Assembly: GCF_030144855.1 (NCBI RefSeq)
Contig: NC_082719.1
Coordinates: 81,840,001 to 81,904,000 of the forward strand
Direction: 5' to 3'
DNA: 64,000 nucleotides
From: Hypanus sabinus
Taxonomy: Eukaryota
Shown here: positions 12,990 through 26,339 of the stretch, one piece after another
Position numbering within the stretch: position 1 is the first letter of the stretch
How the letters are laid out: each line of letters begins with the position of its first letter
The notes under the pieces: model-generated
The model's database searches: none
What the model was told of the DNA's origin: nothing
The model's input: only the letters and a program-made list of their open reading frames with translations
Made by a program: the position numbers and the translations under genes

Positions 12990-14215
12990 AAAATTGAATT
13001 TAATTTAATTAACTTTATTTCTTACATCTTTCACACACATGAGGAGTAAAAATCTTTACGTTGCATCTCCATCTAAATGTGACATGTGCAGTCATAGTAA
13101 TTTATAAAAAATAGAACAGTCAATGTGATACAGAATACACACATATCAGTGTGAGTTCAGCAGTCTGATGGCCTGGTGGAAGAAGCCATTATGGAGCCTG
13201 TTGGTCCTGGCTTTTATGCTGCGGTACCGCTTCCTGGTGGTTATCAAGGCTTCCTTGGCGTTATCATATCTGTCCTGGGATCAGCATATAGGTACCATCA
13301 CAAGGAAAGCATCACAGAGCCTCTACTTGCTTAGAAGTTTGCTTAAGTTCAGCATGTCACCTAAAACTTTGACAAAATATGATAGGAGCAGAGTGCAGAG
13401 TATTCTAACCAATTTCTTCATGGCCTGGTATGGAAAACCAATGCCCAGGAATGGAAATGTCTATATAGAGTAGTAGATACAGCCCAGTCTATCACATGCA
13501 AAGCCCTCCCCACCACTGGGCACGTGTACATGGTGCGATGCTACAAGAAAGCAGCATCCACCATCAAGGACCACACCATCCAGCCCATGCTCTCTTTTCA
13601 CAACTGCCATCAGAAATGAGGTACAGCAGCCTTTGGTCCCACACCACCAGGTTCAGCAACAGTTATTACCCTACAACCATCAGGCTCCTGAACCAATGGA
13701 TAACTTCGCTCACCATAATTCTGATCTGATTCCATAATGTGTGGACTCACCTCAAGGACTCTACAACTCTTCTTCTCGGTATTACTTATTTAATTATTTC
13801 CACAGTTTGTCTTCTAGTGCCCATTAATTGTTTCTGTGTCTTTGTTTATATACGTATAGCGTTACATAAGTTATGTTGTATTTCTTTATTTTCCTATACA
13901 TGCCTGCAAGGAAATGAATCTCAAGGTAGTATTTAGTAACATTTATGTACTTTAATAATAAATTTACCTTGACATTGATTTCAATTGAACAGCTTCTTAG
14001 TATGATAAAATGGAGTCTTGGCATTAAAATCTACCTTGTTATTATCTATCTGCTCTGCACATTCTCTGTAAATGTAACATTTTATTCTGCATTCTTGTTC
14101 CTGTTTTACTTTGTACTCCCTCAACACACTGTTGTAACTAATTGTTCCGTAAAAATGGTGTGCAAGTTAAACCTTTCACTGTAACCCAGTACATGTGACA
14201 ATAATAAACTAGTTT
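12990..14215. mobile_element. Rex1/Babar-type fragments in both orientations
   Basis: KASQSLYLLRSLLKFSMSPKTL; QLPSEMRYSSLWSHTTRFSNSYYP. Confidence 0.75.
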
Positions 14216-15769
14216 AGTAATTTTCAATATATTTTCCTTTGCACATCCTTTTCATACTGTTTCAGTACAGTATAAATCAAATATGAATTATACTAAGGAA
14301 TTACAAGTGATGCTTTAAGACTCTCCTGCCACTGTGGGAGGACACACAGAAATAAATCTACAACGCCAATGTTCAAGCAACCTCTGCTGCTCTCTGCAAA
14401 ATCTGTTTTTTTTTAATTAAAATCATGGGCAGAGAGAGCAACAATGAGCCCACTGTCCTATTCTCTCCTCCCCAAATAAACCATTTTTAGATATTTTTTG
14501 ATTTCCTAAAATCTAACCTTTCTGTAGTTTTTAAAAAAGAAATGCAATTGTTTATACTGTAAATAACAAGGGCTTTACAGAAGATCACGCTCCATCTCAG
14601 CATGACTTGACTTTAAATTCTTTTCAAGCCTTGTGGTGAATTAGAAATTCATTGATTAAATCAAACAAGTCTCTGGAAAGCTTAACTCTGAATTGTATTA
14701 GAGCTTTACTTGGGAAATCCTTGCGAAATCCCTAGACTCACTGCTATTGATTTTTCTTTGACTTTTTAATCATCTGCAAACACTTGAGATGGGATCAACT
14801 GTACCCCTTGAAAAGCCTTTACTTTCACTGTTATGCATGAGTGCCTCTGAAGAAACTCACAGACTTGTTTCACCGGCAACAGCTAGTCTTGTTCTAATTA
14901 TTAGAAACAGCAGGAATTTCCTTTCGTGTTTGAGATACAAAGTGCTTCTTTAAGTAAGCTAACGCCTAACATGTTATCCTCATACTGTTTAAGCTCTGAC
15001 TTCTTATCTTTTTATAAGAACACAAGGTGATTTGGAGCTTTTGCAGAGAAGCTTACAGAATTGAGGGATTTTTAAGGTGCTTTTGTTTCAAATGTTTTCT
15101 TGACCTTTGAATAAACCACTTAAACATTTAGGCAATTAGCATATCTGCACTTACCTTTCTCGTATCTCCCGAAGCTCATTCCCTAGGTCTCTTGGTTCTA
15201 GAAGACCTTTCACTTGTGCTATTGATCTCTGCATGCCCAGATTTCAGATGGCAAGCCAACAGATGGATGCCGGCCATCGCCCGGTTGGCATCAAGGGACC
15301 ACGTCAGGGGCAAAACACATGGGTAAGACCCATTGAAGGGAGAGTGGTGAGGAAGAGATAAGACCAGGAAGGGTGAGTGTGATTGGCGGGGAATGGGCTA
15401 GCAATGGAGATGGAGGCAATGGAGAAGGGATCAGACAGAAGCTGTCATAAGGTCTTTCAATGCTATCAATGACCTGGGAGGAATACTTTTGCTCCTCTTC
15501 TATATTTAGGCGATCGTTTTTCAAGAAATTTACATTTTTTGTGGGTACTTCAGTGATTCTTAGATGGGCATATATGGCTGGAGTCTACACTTTTCTTTGG
15601 TCTTGAGACAGGGCGCAAATGTACTGTTCACTACATTGCAATAAGATAATTTCATTTCTGATCCTTGAACTGCATTTGGTACAGGGCATCAAACTATACA
15701 TTTGTAAGGAGTATGTTGAGAGGACTGGATGTAATTGATTGTGGATATCAGGAAGGGGAAATCGAGAGA

Positions 15770-16435
15770 ACAAACACCAGTCCTTATTGAGAGATCAGCA
15801 GTGGAAAGGGAGAACCATTTCAAATTCTTTAGTGTCAACATCTCTTAAGATCTATCCTAGAAACAGCAGTTGGAAAGGAGGCACATCAGCCGCTATACTT
15901 CATTAGGAGCTTGAGGAGATTTGGTTTGTCATCTAAGACTCTGGCAGATTTCCACAAATGTACAGAGAGCATTCTAACTGGTTGCCTCACTATCTGGTAT
16001 GGAGGGGCCACTGCACAGGATCGGATAAAGCTGAAAAGGGTTGCAAACTCCGTCAGCTCCATCATGGGCACTAGCCTCTCCCGCATTGAGGACATTTTCA
16101 AAAGCCAATTCCTCAAAAAGGTGCTATCTATCATTAAAAGCCCCCATCACCCAGGACATGCTTTCTTCTCATTACTACCATCATGGAGGAGGTACAGGAG
16201 CCTAAAAACACATGCTCAACATTTTAGAAACAGCTTTTTCATGTCCAACATCAGATTTCTCAATGGGCAATCAACCAACCCATGAATGCTACCTCACTAT
16301 ATTTGCACTACTTATTTAATTTAATCATATGTATATTTGTTATTGTAAGGCATAATTTTTATGTATTGCACTGTACTGCTGCCACAAAACAACACATTTC
16401 ACAAAATAGTCAGTGATACTAAACCTGTTCCTGAT
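15770..16435 (+). mobile_element. Rex1/Babar-type LINE 3' fragment
   Basis: RRFGLSSKTLADFHKCTESILTGCLTIWYG...LLPSWRRYRSLKTH. Confidence 0.85.
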
Positions 16436-16989
16436 CTGATTTTGTAATCTCCTGATCAGTTACTCGGCAAGAAAAGTTCCCACTGTCCTAGTCATCAGCT
16501 AGTAATTCTCCTAAATAGTTGAGTGGGAGAAAACAAATATTTATTGGATCTGGCTGCGCAAAGTAATTATCTAAGTTTATCTGGAATGGCCACTTCCATT
16601 CTAGGACAAAGCCCTGGCTTCAGGCAACTGTTATAGGCTCCCTGGCTACTACTAACATCTCAGGACCACAACTGAATGACTATTTGTTATCTCTGAATAA
16701 GTCAGGTACCCCATGTCTAAAATATTAGGTAGAAAATTGCACACAAGCTACTTCTGTCTGGAAGAGGTGTGCAAATTTTCTTCAAGCTAATAACAGAAAG
16801 CAAAGCTTTATCTGTCGCCCTGCACGTGCCTCCTGTCCCATAATGGGTATGATTGACTCCTAATGCCTTGTCAGTGTTTAAACAATCAGTGTAATACTCT
16901 AGCTCATAATCTGTCTCTAAGCACTACAGAAATTTAAACAGGGTACCTGAGCTTGGGCAATAAAACCATGGAACGCCAGAGTAATCCTC

Positions 16990-18090
16990 TCCACTCTGCT
17001 TTGGAGCATCTAGACAACAGCAAAATTTATGTCAGGATCTGCTTGTAGATTACAGCTTGGTATTCAGCACCATCTTCCCCTCAGTATTAATCACCTAGCT
17101 TCTAAACCCTGGACCTCTGTACCTCCCTCTACAATTGAATCCTTGACTTCTTCATTAAGAGACGACAATCAGTACAGATTTGTGATAGCATCACCTGTTC
17201 ATTGACAATCATCACAGGAATACCTCAATGATGCAAATTTAGCCCACTGCTCTTCTCTTTCTACAACCATGCCTGTGTGGCAAAGCTCAGCCCAAACATC
17301 ATCTATAAGTTCGTAGACTGTTATTATTAAAATCTCGGATAGCAACGGAGACATGCACAGGAGTGAGATAGATCAACTGGTTGAGTGGAGTTGCAACAGC
17401 AACCTTGCACTCAGTGTCAGCAAGTCGAAGAAATTGACTGGGAACTTCAGGAAGGGGAAGTCAGGAGAACATACACTTTCCTCATTGACAGGTCAGTGGT
17501 GGAAAGTGTGAGGAATTTAAGTTCCTGGGTACCAAGATCTAGGAGAATCTGCCCAACGCATGGATGCAATGGTGACAAAGGTGCACTTGCAACTCCACGT
17601 AGTTATGAGTTTGAAGAGATTTGATACGTCACCAAAGACTTACAAATTTATACAGAGGTACGACAGTTTGCATTCTAACGAATTGCATCACAGCTTGATA
17701 TGGAAGCTTCAATGCACAGGATCACAAGAGGCTTCAGAGACTTGTAGACACAGCTAGCTTCATCACAGGCTCAACCCTCTCCACAACTGAGAATGTCTTT
17801 AAGAAGCAGGGCCTCAAGAAGGTAGCGTCCCTCATTCAAGACCCTCACCATCTGGGACATGTCTACTTCTCGTTGCAACCATGAGCCTGAAGACCAACAC
17901 TCAATTATTCAATAACAGTTTCTTTCTTTCTGCCATCAGATATCTGAAAATCCAAGAACACTTCTTCGTTATTCTTTTTTTGCACTACTTAATTTGTAAT
18001 TTATAGTAATTTTATGTATTTGTGGTATACCACTCCTGTAAAGCAACAAACTTCATGTCTTATATAAGAAAACGATAACAAACTTGATTC
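16990..18090 (+). mobile_element. Decayed Rex1/Babar-type LINE
   Basis: RT remnant (VDYSLVFSTIFP) through the family tail. Confidence 0.7.
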
Positions 18091-18457
18091 TGACGGATTT
18101 TGACAGTGATCCCACAGTCCTATCCTCTCATCTCAAAAGAAATTTAGTGTTAGGAATTGATACATGATTTCTGAAATTCTAATCTTTCCTGAATTTATAA
18201 AGTAATAAATAATTATAAACACACATTGAAGGATTCTCAAAAAGTCACCCCGGAAACAAATTTCTGGAAAGCTTAAGTCAAAATCACAATCATTCATGCT
18301 TGTCAAAGCTGCCCAAACAGCAACTTGCTTTAATATAAGTTTTTAAGGTAGCAAAACATTCCAAGGTGCCAAACATTAGTATGGATGCTGTTTTGGAAGA
18401 AATTGATTTTTTTGTGTAGATCAGTCCTCCCTGGTTTTGCTTCCAGTGCCATGGTGG

Positions 18458-18770
18458 CCTGGCACAGTACTGTAGCAGTTAGTGCAAAGCTTTTCAGCAC
18501 CAGCAACCCGAGTTCAATTACGGCAGCAGTCTGTCAGGAGCTTTTACGTTCTCCAGTGACGCCATGGATTTCCTCATGGTGCTTTGGTTTCCTTCCATAT
18601 TCCAAAGAATATTAGTGTTAGTATATCATGGCCATGCTATGTTGATGCCAGAAACATGGCAATACTTGTAGGCTGTGTCAGCTGACCTTCGGAATGCATT
18701 GGTCATTGATGCAAATGATGCATTTTACTTTATGTTTCAATATACATGTGACAAATAAAGCTAATCTTTA
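18458..18770 (+). mobile_element. V-SINE-like element; related copies at ~22010-22200 and 63040-63315 (-)
   Basis: A/B-box-like head (GAGTTCAATT) and V-domain-like block. Confidence 0.55.
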
Positions 18771-20659
18771 AGATCGTTATCTGTATTATTTTCAAATCCA
18801 CGGGGCATTAGCAACGTGCTTGCTTATACTTACACCAATAACACAGCCAATAAAATTTGTGACACAATGTAGTCACCATGATGTGACATAACATCCACTG
18901 TGTTCAAACAATAGATGCTACACAAACTGAATTCTGGGGACTACGTATGTTTAGACAAAATTGTAAGGAGAAAATACAATAAGAAAATACTAGTAAAATA
19001 TAAAACAATTAATATGATTACACTGATCAGAGTACTGCACATCAGGGTTTAATTCCTGATCTCTCTGACTAAATTGGTTAAATCAATCTGAAGTAGGGAA
19101 TGGGAAAATACAATTAACTCAAACTAAGGGAGGTGAAGAAATCATTTCAAAGTCTCAACCCCAATCATTATCCAAATCATGCCCCCCCCCCCCAGCAGGA
19201 AAACTGATGTTCGGATGAAAATTGGATTGGACTTCATCTTAGGATGTTCCATTTTTAAATAAGCTCAGACCCTTGAGGTCCATAAAACTAGTATTAATCA
19301 AAAACCAATTCAATTACTGTAATTGAATATAAGAATTTACAAAAGTAATTGCAGTTAAATTAGAAGACATTTATTCAAGTTTCTTAAAATAATTGTAAAC
19401 TTGGCCTGAGATTTAGCTTTAGCTTCAGTTTTAACTAATCAATCAGATCATTGCCTATTATCTTGTCATGCTTTTTAAATCCCTAACCAAACAAAGCTCA
19501 TCCTTAACTAAACAAACAGACCACAGTCACTTACCTAGATTATCTACTTTGCAAAGTGACAATCCTTGGTAAAGGAACCGAGAAAGTCTCTCTGCAACAA
19601 GGAGAGCAAGGTAATTATTTGTACTTAGAAATGTTCATGTTATTAAGAAATATGTTGTCAGCAACAATGACATTTACTTGTTTTCCTTATTTCTTTTCAG
19701 ATTTGTTTCTCTTCTCCCTTTCTTAGCTGAGGGTGTTAATCTACAAGTTTGTTGGAAGTATTGTTGGTATTGGGATCTCTAGGCTGCAGAGTTCTCAGGT
19801 AGAAGCCATAAACAAAAATTATTTTAAAGTTCGTTCCAGGTTCTGTTCAGGGTACTTGCATATGCATTCACAAACAAAGGGGACAACTCATCTGTTCAAT
19901 GCCACAAGAAAACACTTTATTATATCTACCAAGTGCAATACAAAAGGAAAAACAAATTTCTACAGCAGTACAGAAATCAAAATAAAACTTATCATCCTCT
20001 AAATGAGCATATCTGTGGAATGCCAACAGACTTTCACACTGCCTCTGCTCTCTCTAAGTTTAAGTCTAAGTCTAACTCTGACTGAACATAATATCTTCAT
20101 AACACTAGCCACCAACTATGGTGTAGCCTAGGACAAAACTTTCTTCCCCCCCTCCCACCCGCCGCACCAAGAAAGTGCCCCTCTTATGCCCTTCACAAAC
20201 CCTTACACTGGTACTTTTCCATTCCTTGGTGGTAGCGACTGCACCACACCCTTAGCCATCTTCTGCCCAGAAATATATGTCTTTCACCACTTTCCACTGT
20301 ACCTGGTACTCACTTAAATTTCTCAAAACATTACTGTGGACTGTTTCACTTGTGCTTTCTCAAAACAATCCCACTCCAAGCTGACACCATTTTGTCTTAC
20401 AGACTTCCATTTTATATTAGCACATACCAAGGAGGAATCACATTTAACTTCTTTCTTACACAAGCCTTGAACTTGAGTCTCTTCAGGTGACATGAGAGCA
20501 CTATGCCCTTTGTCTTCTTCCAAACACCCATACCTGGACCCTGCCAGGAGTCACTGAATAGCGAATGAGAATCAGAAACCTATCCAACCTAGGTCCTCCG
20601 AGTTACATCACTGTGGCAGTGATGATCAAGCAACTTTACACAGAAAAAGTAATTGATTT

Positions 20660-21630
20660 TCAGAATGGCCCATGAACACTACCTGATTATTTGCTTATTG
20701 CTTTGTATATTTGTTATTGTAACTCACAGAAATGTTTTATGTCTTGCTCTGTACTGCTACCACAAAAAAAACAAATTTCACAACATAGATCAGTGATAAT
20801 AAACCTGATTCTGATTCCAATTACCCACAGATTATTTACAAATCCCAAAATTAATGAACTAACTTTAAATTCCTCAGTGTTATCATTTCAGAGGGTCTGT
20901 TCTGGGTCCAGCACGTAAGTTCCATTAAAAGAAAGCACGGCAGCACCCCTGCTTTCTTAGAACTTTGTGAAGATTTGGCATGACATCTAAAACTTTGACA
21001 AACTTCTATAGATGTGTAGTGGAGAGTTTATCAACTGGCTACATCAGAGACCAATATGGAACCACCAAAGCCCTTGAATGGAAAACCCTGTAAAAAGGAG
21101 TGGATACAGCCCAGTCCACCACGGGTAAAACCCTTCCTACCACTGAGCACATCTACAATGTGTGCTGTCGCAGGAAAGGAGCACCCATCATCAAGGACTG
21201 CCAGCACCTAGGCCATACTCTCTTCTTGTTGCTACCAACAGGAAGAGGGTACAGGAGCCTTAGGACCTACACCACCATGTTCAGTAACAGTTATTACCCC
21301 TCACCCATCAGGCTCTTGAACCAGAGTGGAAAATTTTACTCAACTTCAGTTGCCCTGTCACTGAACTGTTCTCACAACCTATGACACATTTTCAAGAAGT
21401 CATCATCTTGTTTTCAGTATTTATTGCTTATCTATTTATTTATTTTGTATTTGCACTTGTTGTCTTTTGCACAGTGGTTGTTTGCCCATCTTGTTGGGTG
21501 CGGTCTTTCACTGATTCTGTCGCATTTCTTGAATTTGCTGTGTATGCCCGGAAGAAGTTGAATCTCAAGGTCGTATATGGTGACATATATGTACTTTGCT
21601 AATAAATTTACAATGAACTTTGACCTTTGA
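20660..21630 (+). mobile_element. Rex1/Babar-type LINE fragments
   Basis: LLLPTGRGYRSLRTYTTMFSNSYYP and tail. Confidence 0.8.
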
Positions 21631-22927
21631 GAATAGTCTAGTTTTTAAGGTAAATTTGGAAAACTCAGACTGCTGTGTTAGAGTCAATAAAACTGTTTGA
21701 AGAGCTGTGAAATGTTTGTTCTTTGAGGTTAACTGTTTGTGTACAAGAGAAAAGAAACAGATGACAATTAGAGTTTGCACAGTAATGCTTTCAGGACAAA
21801 GTGCCCATGTGGGATGTTACAGAGACTACATGCAAGTGGACATTGGATAAGCAATGAAGCAAAACAAAGTAGTTGTCTTCCATTCTTGAAATTAGGCTTT
21901 CAGCTGCTATCATGTAGACATCCTTCCAGCTGATGTTCAAGATACATGCACAGACCAAAGAAACCAAAAGAAAAATGGCCAACTTTTTAAAGGAATGCAT
22001 TTAAATTTGACTGCATGGTAACAAAGCAGTTAGCATAACGTTTTACAGTGCCAGATACATGATTCAATTCCCGCCTCTGTCTGTAGGAAGTTTGTACGTT
22101 CTCTCTGTGACCGTGCATGTTTCCTCTGGGTGCTCCAGTCTCTTCCCACACTCCAAAGTTTTACAAGTCAGGGTTAGTGAGTTGTGGGCATGCTGTGACG
22201 AGAGTCCTTGATGGTTTGGACCCAAATGCTGGAGTATCCATGGTTCGGATTGAGACACTGAATAAAACTGGATTGGGAACTGAGCACAAAACAAAATGCT
22301 AGATGATATCCCCAATTGGATTTACGACTGAGCACAGAGGCTCTTCAAACCCTCAATTCTTGGCACCCAATGCGTGATTGCTAATCAGCAGGATGGCCCT
22401 GAACCCTTAAAGGGGCCACACCATCGACCCATACACCGGAGATTTAGAGCATTTAAACCCCGGAAACTGGTGCAGGTGGGTGCGTCTTGTAACACTTGTA
22501 ATGTTGGCAACAGAAACATGACGCCCATTATGCACATCCTTGGATTGTGTTGATGGTCAACACAAATGAAGCATGTCACTGTACGTGTGACAAATAAAGC
22601 TTATCTTTCATTTTATCTCCTTCTGAAAAAATAAGAACTTTCTTTAAAATGTCTTTATTTTGCTTGCTTGCTCCTCTTGCTTTTCTTATGGAGTCACAGA
22701 TGTTCCAAAAAGTGATTTGTGTAACTAAGGAGCTTAATGCTCCCCCCCCCCCCCCCCACCCACCAACATCTCTTCACACTCCAAATGAAGTATAGCCACT
22801 GTCTTGCCTTCTTTATAACTGCATTGATCATTTTCAGGAGAAAGTGGCTGGTTAAAGATGAAAATTAACTGATTTTATACAGTATTTACAACACACTTAA
22901 GAACAACCCCATTAGTCTCAGTCTATC

Positions 22928-22979
22928 CTCCTTATTCCCTATATTTCCCTCCTTATTCCCTATATTTCCCTCCTTATTC
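22928..22979 (+). repeat. 21-bp tandem repeat, ~2.5 copies
   Basis: CTCCTTATTCCCTATATTTCC repeated. Confidence 0.8.
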
Positions 22980-23289
22980 TCCCCCACACATGTCCAGCAA
23001 CAGCACTTTGATTCCTTCTGATATTAACCTACATTACAGAGTAATTGACAGTGGCCACTTAACCTGCAAAATGACATGGATGGAAACAGAGAACCCATGC
23101 ACAGAGAGATGTTTTTTATAAGGTGGGTACGATAGCAAGAGGAAAACTGAATGTAATGTTGAAGTCAGTGCTGAAACAATGGTCCAAAACTGAATACGAA
23201 TCCAGAAAGAGTGAGTCAAAACTGGAGACATATGCTGAGAAAAGACATGTAGCTTTGTAAGTGATTCTTTGTCACATCATTGTGAAAGA

Positions 23290-23720
23290 CAGATAGTAAA
23301 TCTTCCATCCTTGGACTCACTTTACACCGCACGCTGTTGGAGCAGTGCTGCCAGGATAATCAAGGACACGACCCACCCAGCCAACACACATTTTGTCCCT
23401 CTTCCCTCTGGGAGAAGGTTCAGGAGCTTGAAGACTCATATGGCCAGATTTGGGAACAGCTTCTTTCCAACTGTGATATGACTGCTGAATGGATCCTGAC
23501 CCGAATCTGGGCCGTACCTTCCAAATATCTGGACCTGACTTGCACTACCTTACTTTCCCTTTTCTATTTTCTAATTATGATTTATAATTTAAATTTTTAT
23601 TACATTTACTTCGATTTGTTCTCCAGGGAGCACGAAGCGCAGAATCAAATATCACTGTGATGATTGTATGTTCTAGTATCAATTGTTTGGTGACAATAAA
23701 GTAAAGTAAAGTAAAGTAAA
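23290..23720 (+). mobile_element. Rex1/Babar-type LINE 3' end with (GTAAA)n tail
   Basis: PLPSGRRFRSLKTHMARFGNSFFP; terminal GTAAA repeats. Confidence 0.8.
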
Positions 23721-24019
23721 TGTTTAATAATTATATCAAATAGGGGAAAATAGGTAAGCAGAAATGATGCAGGAGAGGAGAAAATGGATTTCTTTAAGAT
23801 TGGTGCTCCAGGAAAAGAAATGGCAGTAAGTGCATCGGTTTCCTCCCACATTCCAAAGACGTACCAGTGTGTAGGTTAAATGGTCACTGTAAATTGTACC
23901 GTGATTAGGCTAGCATTAAATTGAGGGACTGCTGGGTAACTTGGTTTGGGGCCAGAAGGGCTTACTCCATACTTTATTTCAATAAATTTAATATGAGGCG
24001 GAGGCAAAGTAGTCTTGTT

Positions 24020-24039
24020 GGGTCTTGAAGTGGTACGCG

Positions 24040-24116
<77 letters not shown>

Positions 24117-24424
24117 ATGCACGCGCACATGCTATAAGGATCAGATGAAGAATGCTTTAAGGAAGTGCAAAATCAGACCTGAGTACCTGGAGGATGTTGC
24201 TGCTGACCGTAACACTTGGTGACAGCTGTGTAGGGACAGGGTTCATATTCTGGAGATGGAAAGAACATCCAGAAGACAGCAGAAGAGAGCCAGGAGAAAT
24301 GCAGCCATGGTTGCCACCACTACCACATATACATGTCCCACCTGCAATAGAGCTTGTGGGTCCAGGATAGGACTGTATAGTCATCAAAGATCTCACCGTT
24401 AAAAGAGTGGATGTCGTCATCAGA
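24020..24424 (+). mobile_element. RTE-clade LINE 3' end with C-terminal C2H2 finger, interrupted by (TG)n
   Basis: YKDQMKNALRKCKI...AADRNTW...YTCPTCNRACGSRIGLYSHQRSH. Confidence 0.75.
24042..24115 (+). repeat. (TG)n microsatellite, ~37 units
   Basis: Directly visible. Confidence 0.97.
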
Positions 24425-24561
24425 NNNNNNNNNNNNNNNNNNNNNNNNNNNNNNNNNNNNNNNNNNNNNNNNNNNNNNNNNNNNNNNNNNNNNNNNNNNN
24501 NNNNNNNNNNNNNNNNNNNNNNNNNNNNNNNNNNNNNNNNNNNNNNNNNNNNNNNNNNNNN
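24425..24561. other. Assembly gap (137 N)
   Basis: Run of N. Confidence 1.
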
Positions 24562-24969
24562 CTAAAACTTTTACATACTACTGTATATCAGAAATAATAA
24601 GCCTGATTCAGTTGCATTATTGTCATGGCACACTGAAAGTACATTATTTTCATCTTTGTTCCAATGGACCTTTCCTTTCGAGGGAATATGATCGCTTATA
24701 CAAAAGACAAGATTAAATGTTATGTAAAAGCACAAATCTGAAAACTGAGTCAAGGCCAAATGACAACAAAGCTAATCTGAATGTCTTGGGTAAGTAGCTC
24801 AGAACTACTGACAGGGTTGTCAGGTTCATATTTTGCTTATATGTCTTAGGTTAAAAAAAGAAGATAACTGATAAGATTTTGAAACATTTTCTGGCTGAAG
24901 ACATTGTGGAGAGGATTCTCTTTGGTTAAGCTGAATCAGTAGCTGCACTTTATTATAAAAATTATAAAA

Positions 24970-25497
24970 GTGGGATCTCCCAGTGGCCATCCATCTTAAT
25001 TTTACTTCCCATTCCGATATGTCTATCCATGGCCTCCTCCACTGTCGTGATGAGACCACACTTACCTTATACCTTATATTCTGTTTGGGTAGCCTCCAAC
25101 CTGATAAACATGAACATTGATTTCTCTAACTTCCAGTAATGCCCCCCTTCTCTATTTCCCATCTCCTTTTCCCTCTCTCATCTCATCTCCTTGCCCACCC
25201 ATCGCCTCTCTCTGGTGCTCCTTCCCCCTTTTCTTTCTTCCACAGTCTTCTGTCACTTTTTCCAATTTACTTCCCAGCTCTTTGCTTCATCCGCTCCCCC
25301 TTCAGGTTTCACCTATCATTTTGTGTTTTTCTCTCCCCTCCCCCCCACCTTTTAAATCTACTCCTCAGATTTTTTTCTCCAGTCCTGCCGAAGGTTTTCG
25401 GCCCAAAACGTTAGCTGTATTCTTTTCCTAGATGCTGCCTGGCCTGCTGAGTTCCTCCAGCATTTTGTCCAGCATCTGTAGATTTTCTCTTGTTTAT
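24970..25497 (+). mobile_element. Penelope-like element 3' fragment (GIY-YIG tail plus pLTR with degenerate hammerhead)
   Basis: Decayed ORF end (HSDMSIHGLLHCRDET...LIFCLGSLQPD...NIDFSNF), a pyrimidine-rich tract, CTGCCGAAGGTTTTCGGCCCAAAACG, then the shared GATGCTGCCTGGCCTGCTGAGTTCCTCCAGC tail. Confidence 0.7.
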
Positions 25498-26339
25498 AAA
25501 AGTTGTCAGCGTTTCCTGAAAATACGCAATGAGAGTGAAAGGCTGGATAGCTCTTGTGCGGGACAGACATTTGGAATGAGAAACAGAGGGATCGGGAAGA
25601 CCAGGAGCGGGGTGCAGAGCTTGAGAGCAAATGGAGGAATCAGAAGCCAGCATCAGGCAGCGATTAGTTCTAGGGAAGACAGTAGAACCAAGGCTACAGT
25701 CATGGAAGATTGAGGGGCCAAAGGAAGGTCAGAGGTCAGAAGAGAGAGCAGAAGAGTCAGGAAATATATGATGGTGTTCACCACTGAAACCTGTGGCTGG
25801 AGTCAAGTTTTAAATTCTTAATGTTTTTACATTAACCCCCACCCAATTTTACCCAACCTTGTATGTAACAATTGCCAAGGTTTCAGCTTAATGATCTTAA
25901 ATCACCATCGGGATTGTTATAAATTAATTCACACTTACTGACAAATACATATGGAACAATGCAGAAAAGAACATTTGGCCTATCAAGTCCATGCTAGCTC
26001 TCATGGAGAAATGTCAAAGGTCCCATTTTCCATCATATCAGATATGGTCCCGATATGGTCATTGACCAAATATGGTCATCACAGCCCTCATATAAAGAAA
26101 GCACACCAGTGCTTCTACTTCTTCACAAGGCTAAAGAAATTTGGCATGTCCCCTTTGACTTTCACCCATTTTTTTACTGATTCACCATAGAAAGCATCAT
26201 ATTCGGATGTATCACAGCCTGGTGTTCAAACTTCTCTGCCTGTGACTGCAGAGAGTTGTGGACACAGCCGAGCACATCACAAGTTCCTTGAACAAAACAG
26301 TCATGAAGCATTTGAGAAGCTTTTACAGATTGTCCAGTG

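Noticed and set aside
15911-16285. ORFs resembling the ALKBH8 N-terminus/DUF1891
   Set aside because: These are C-terminal ORF remnants of Rex1/Babar-type LINEs, present many times in the window.
23876-24716. HT/VC-repeat ORFs and the poly-X ORF
   Set aside because: Translations of the (TG)n microsatellite and the N gap.
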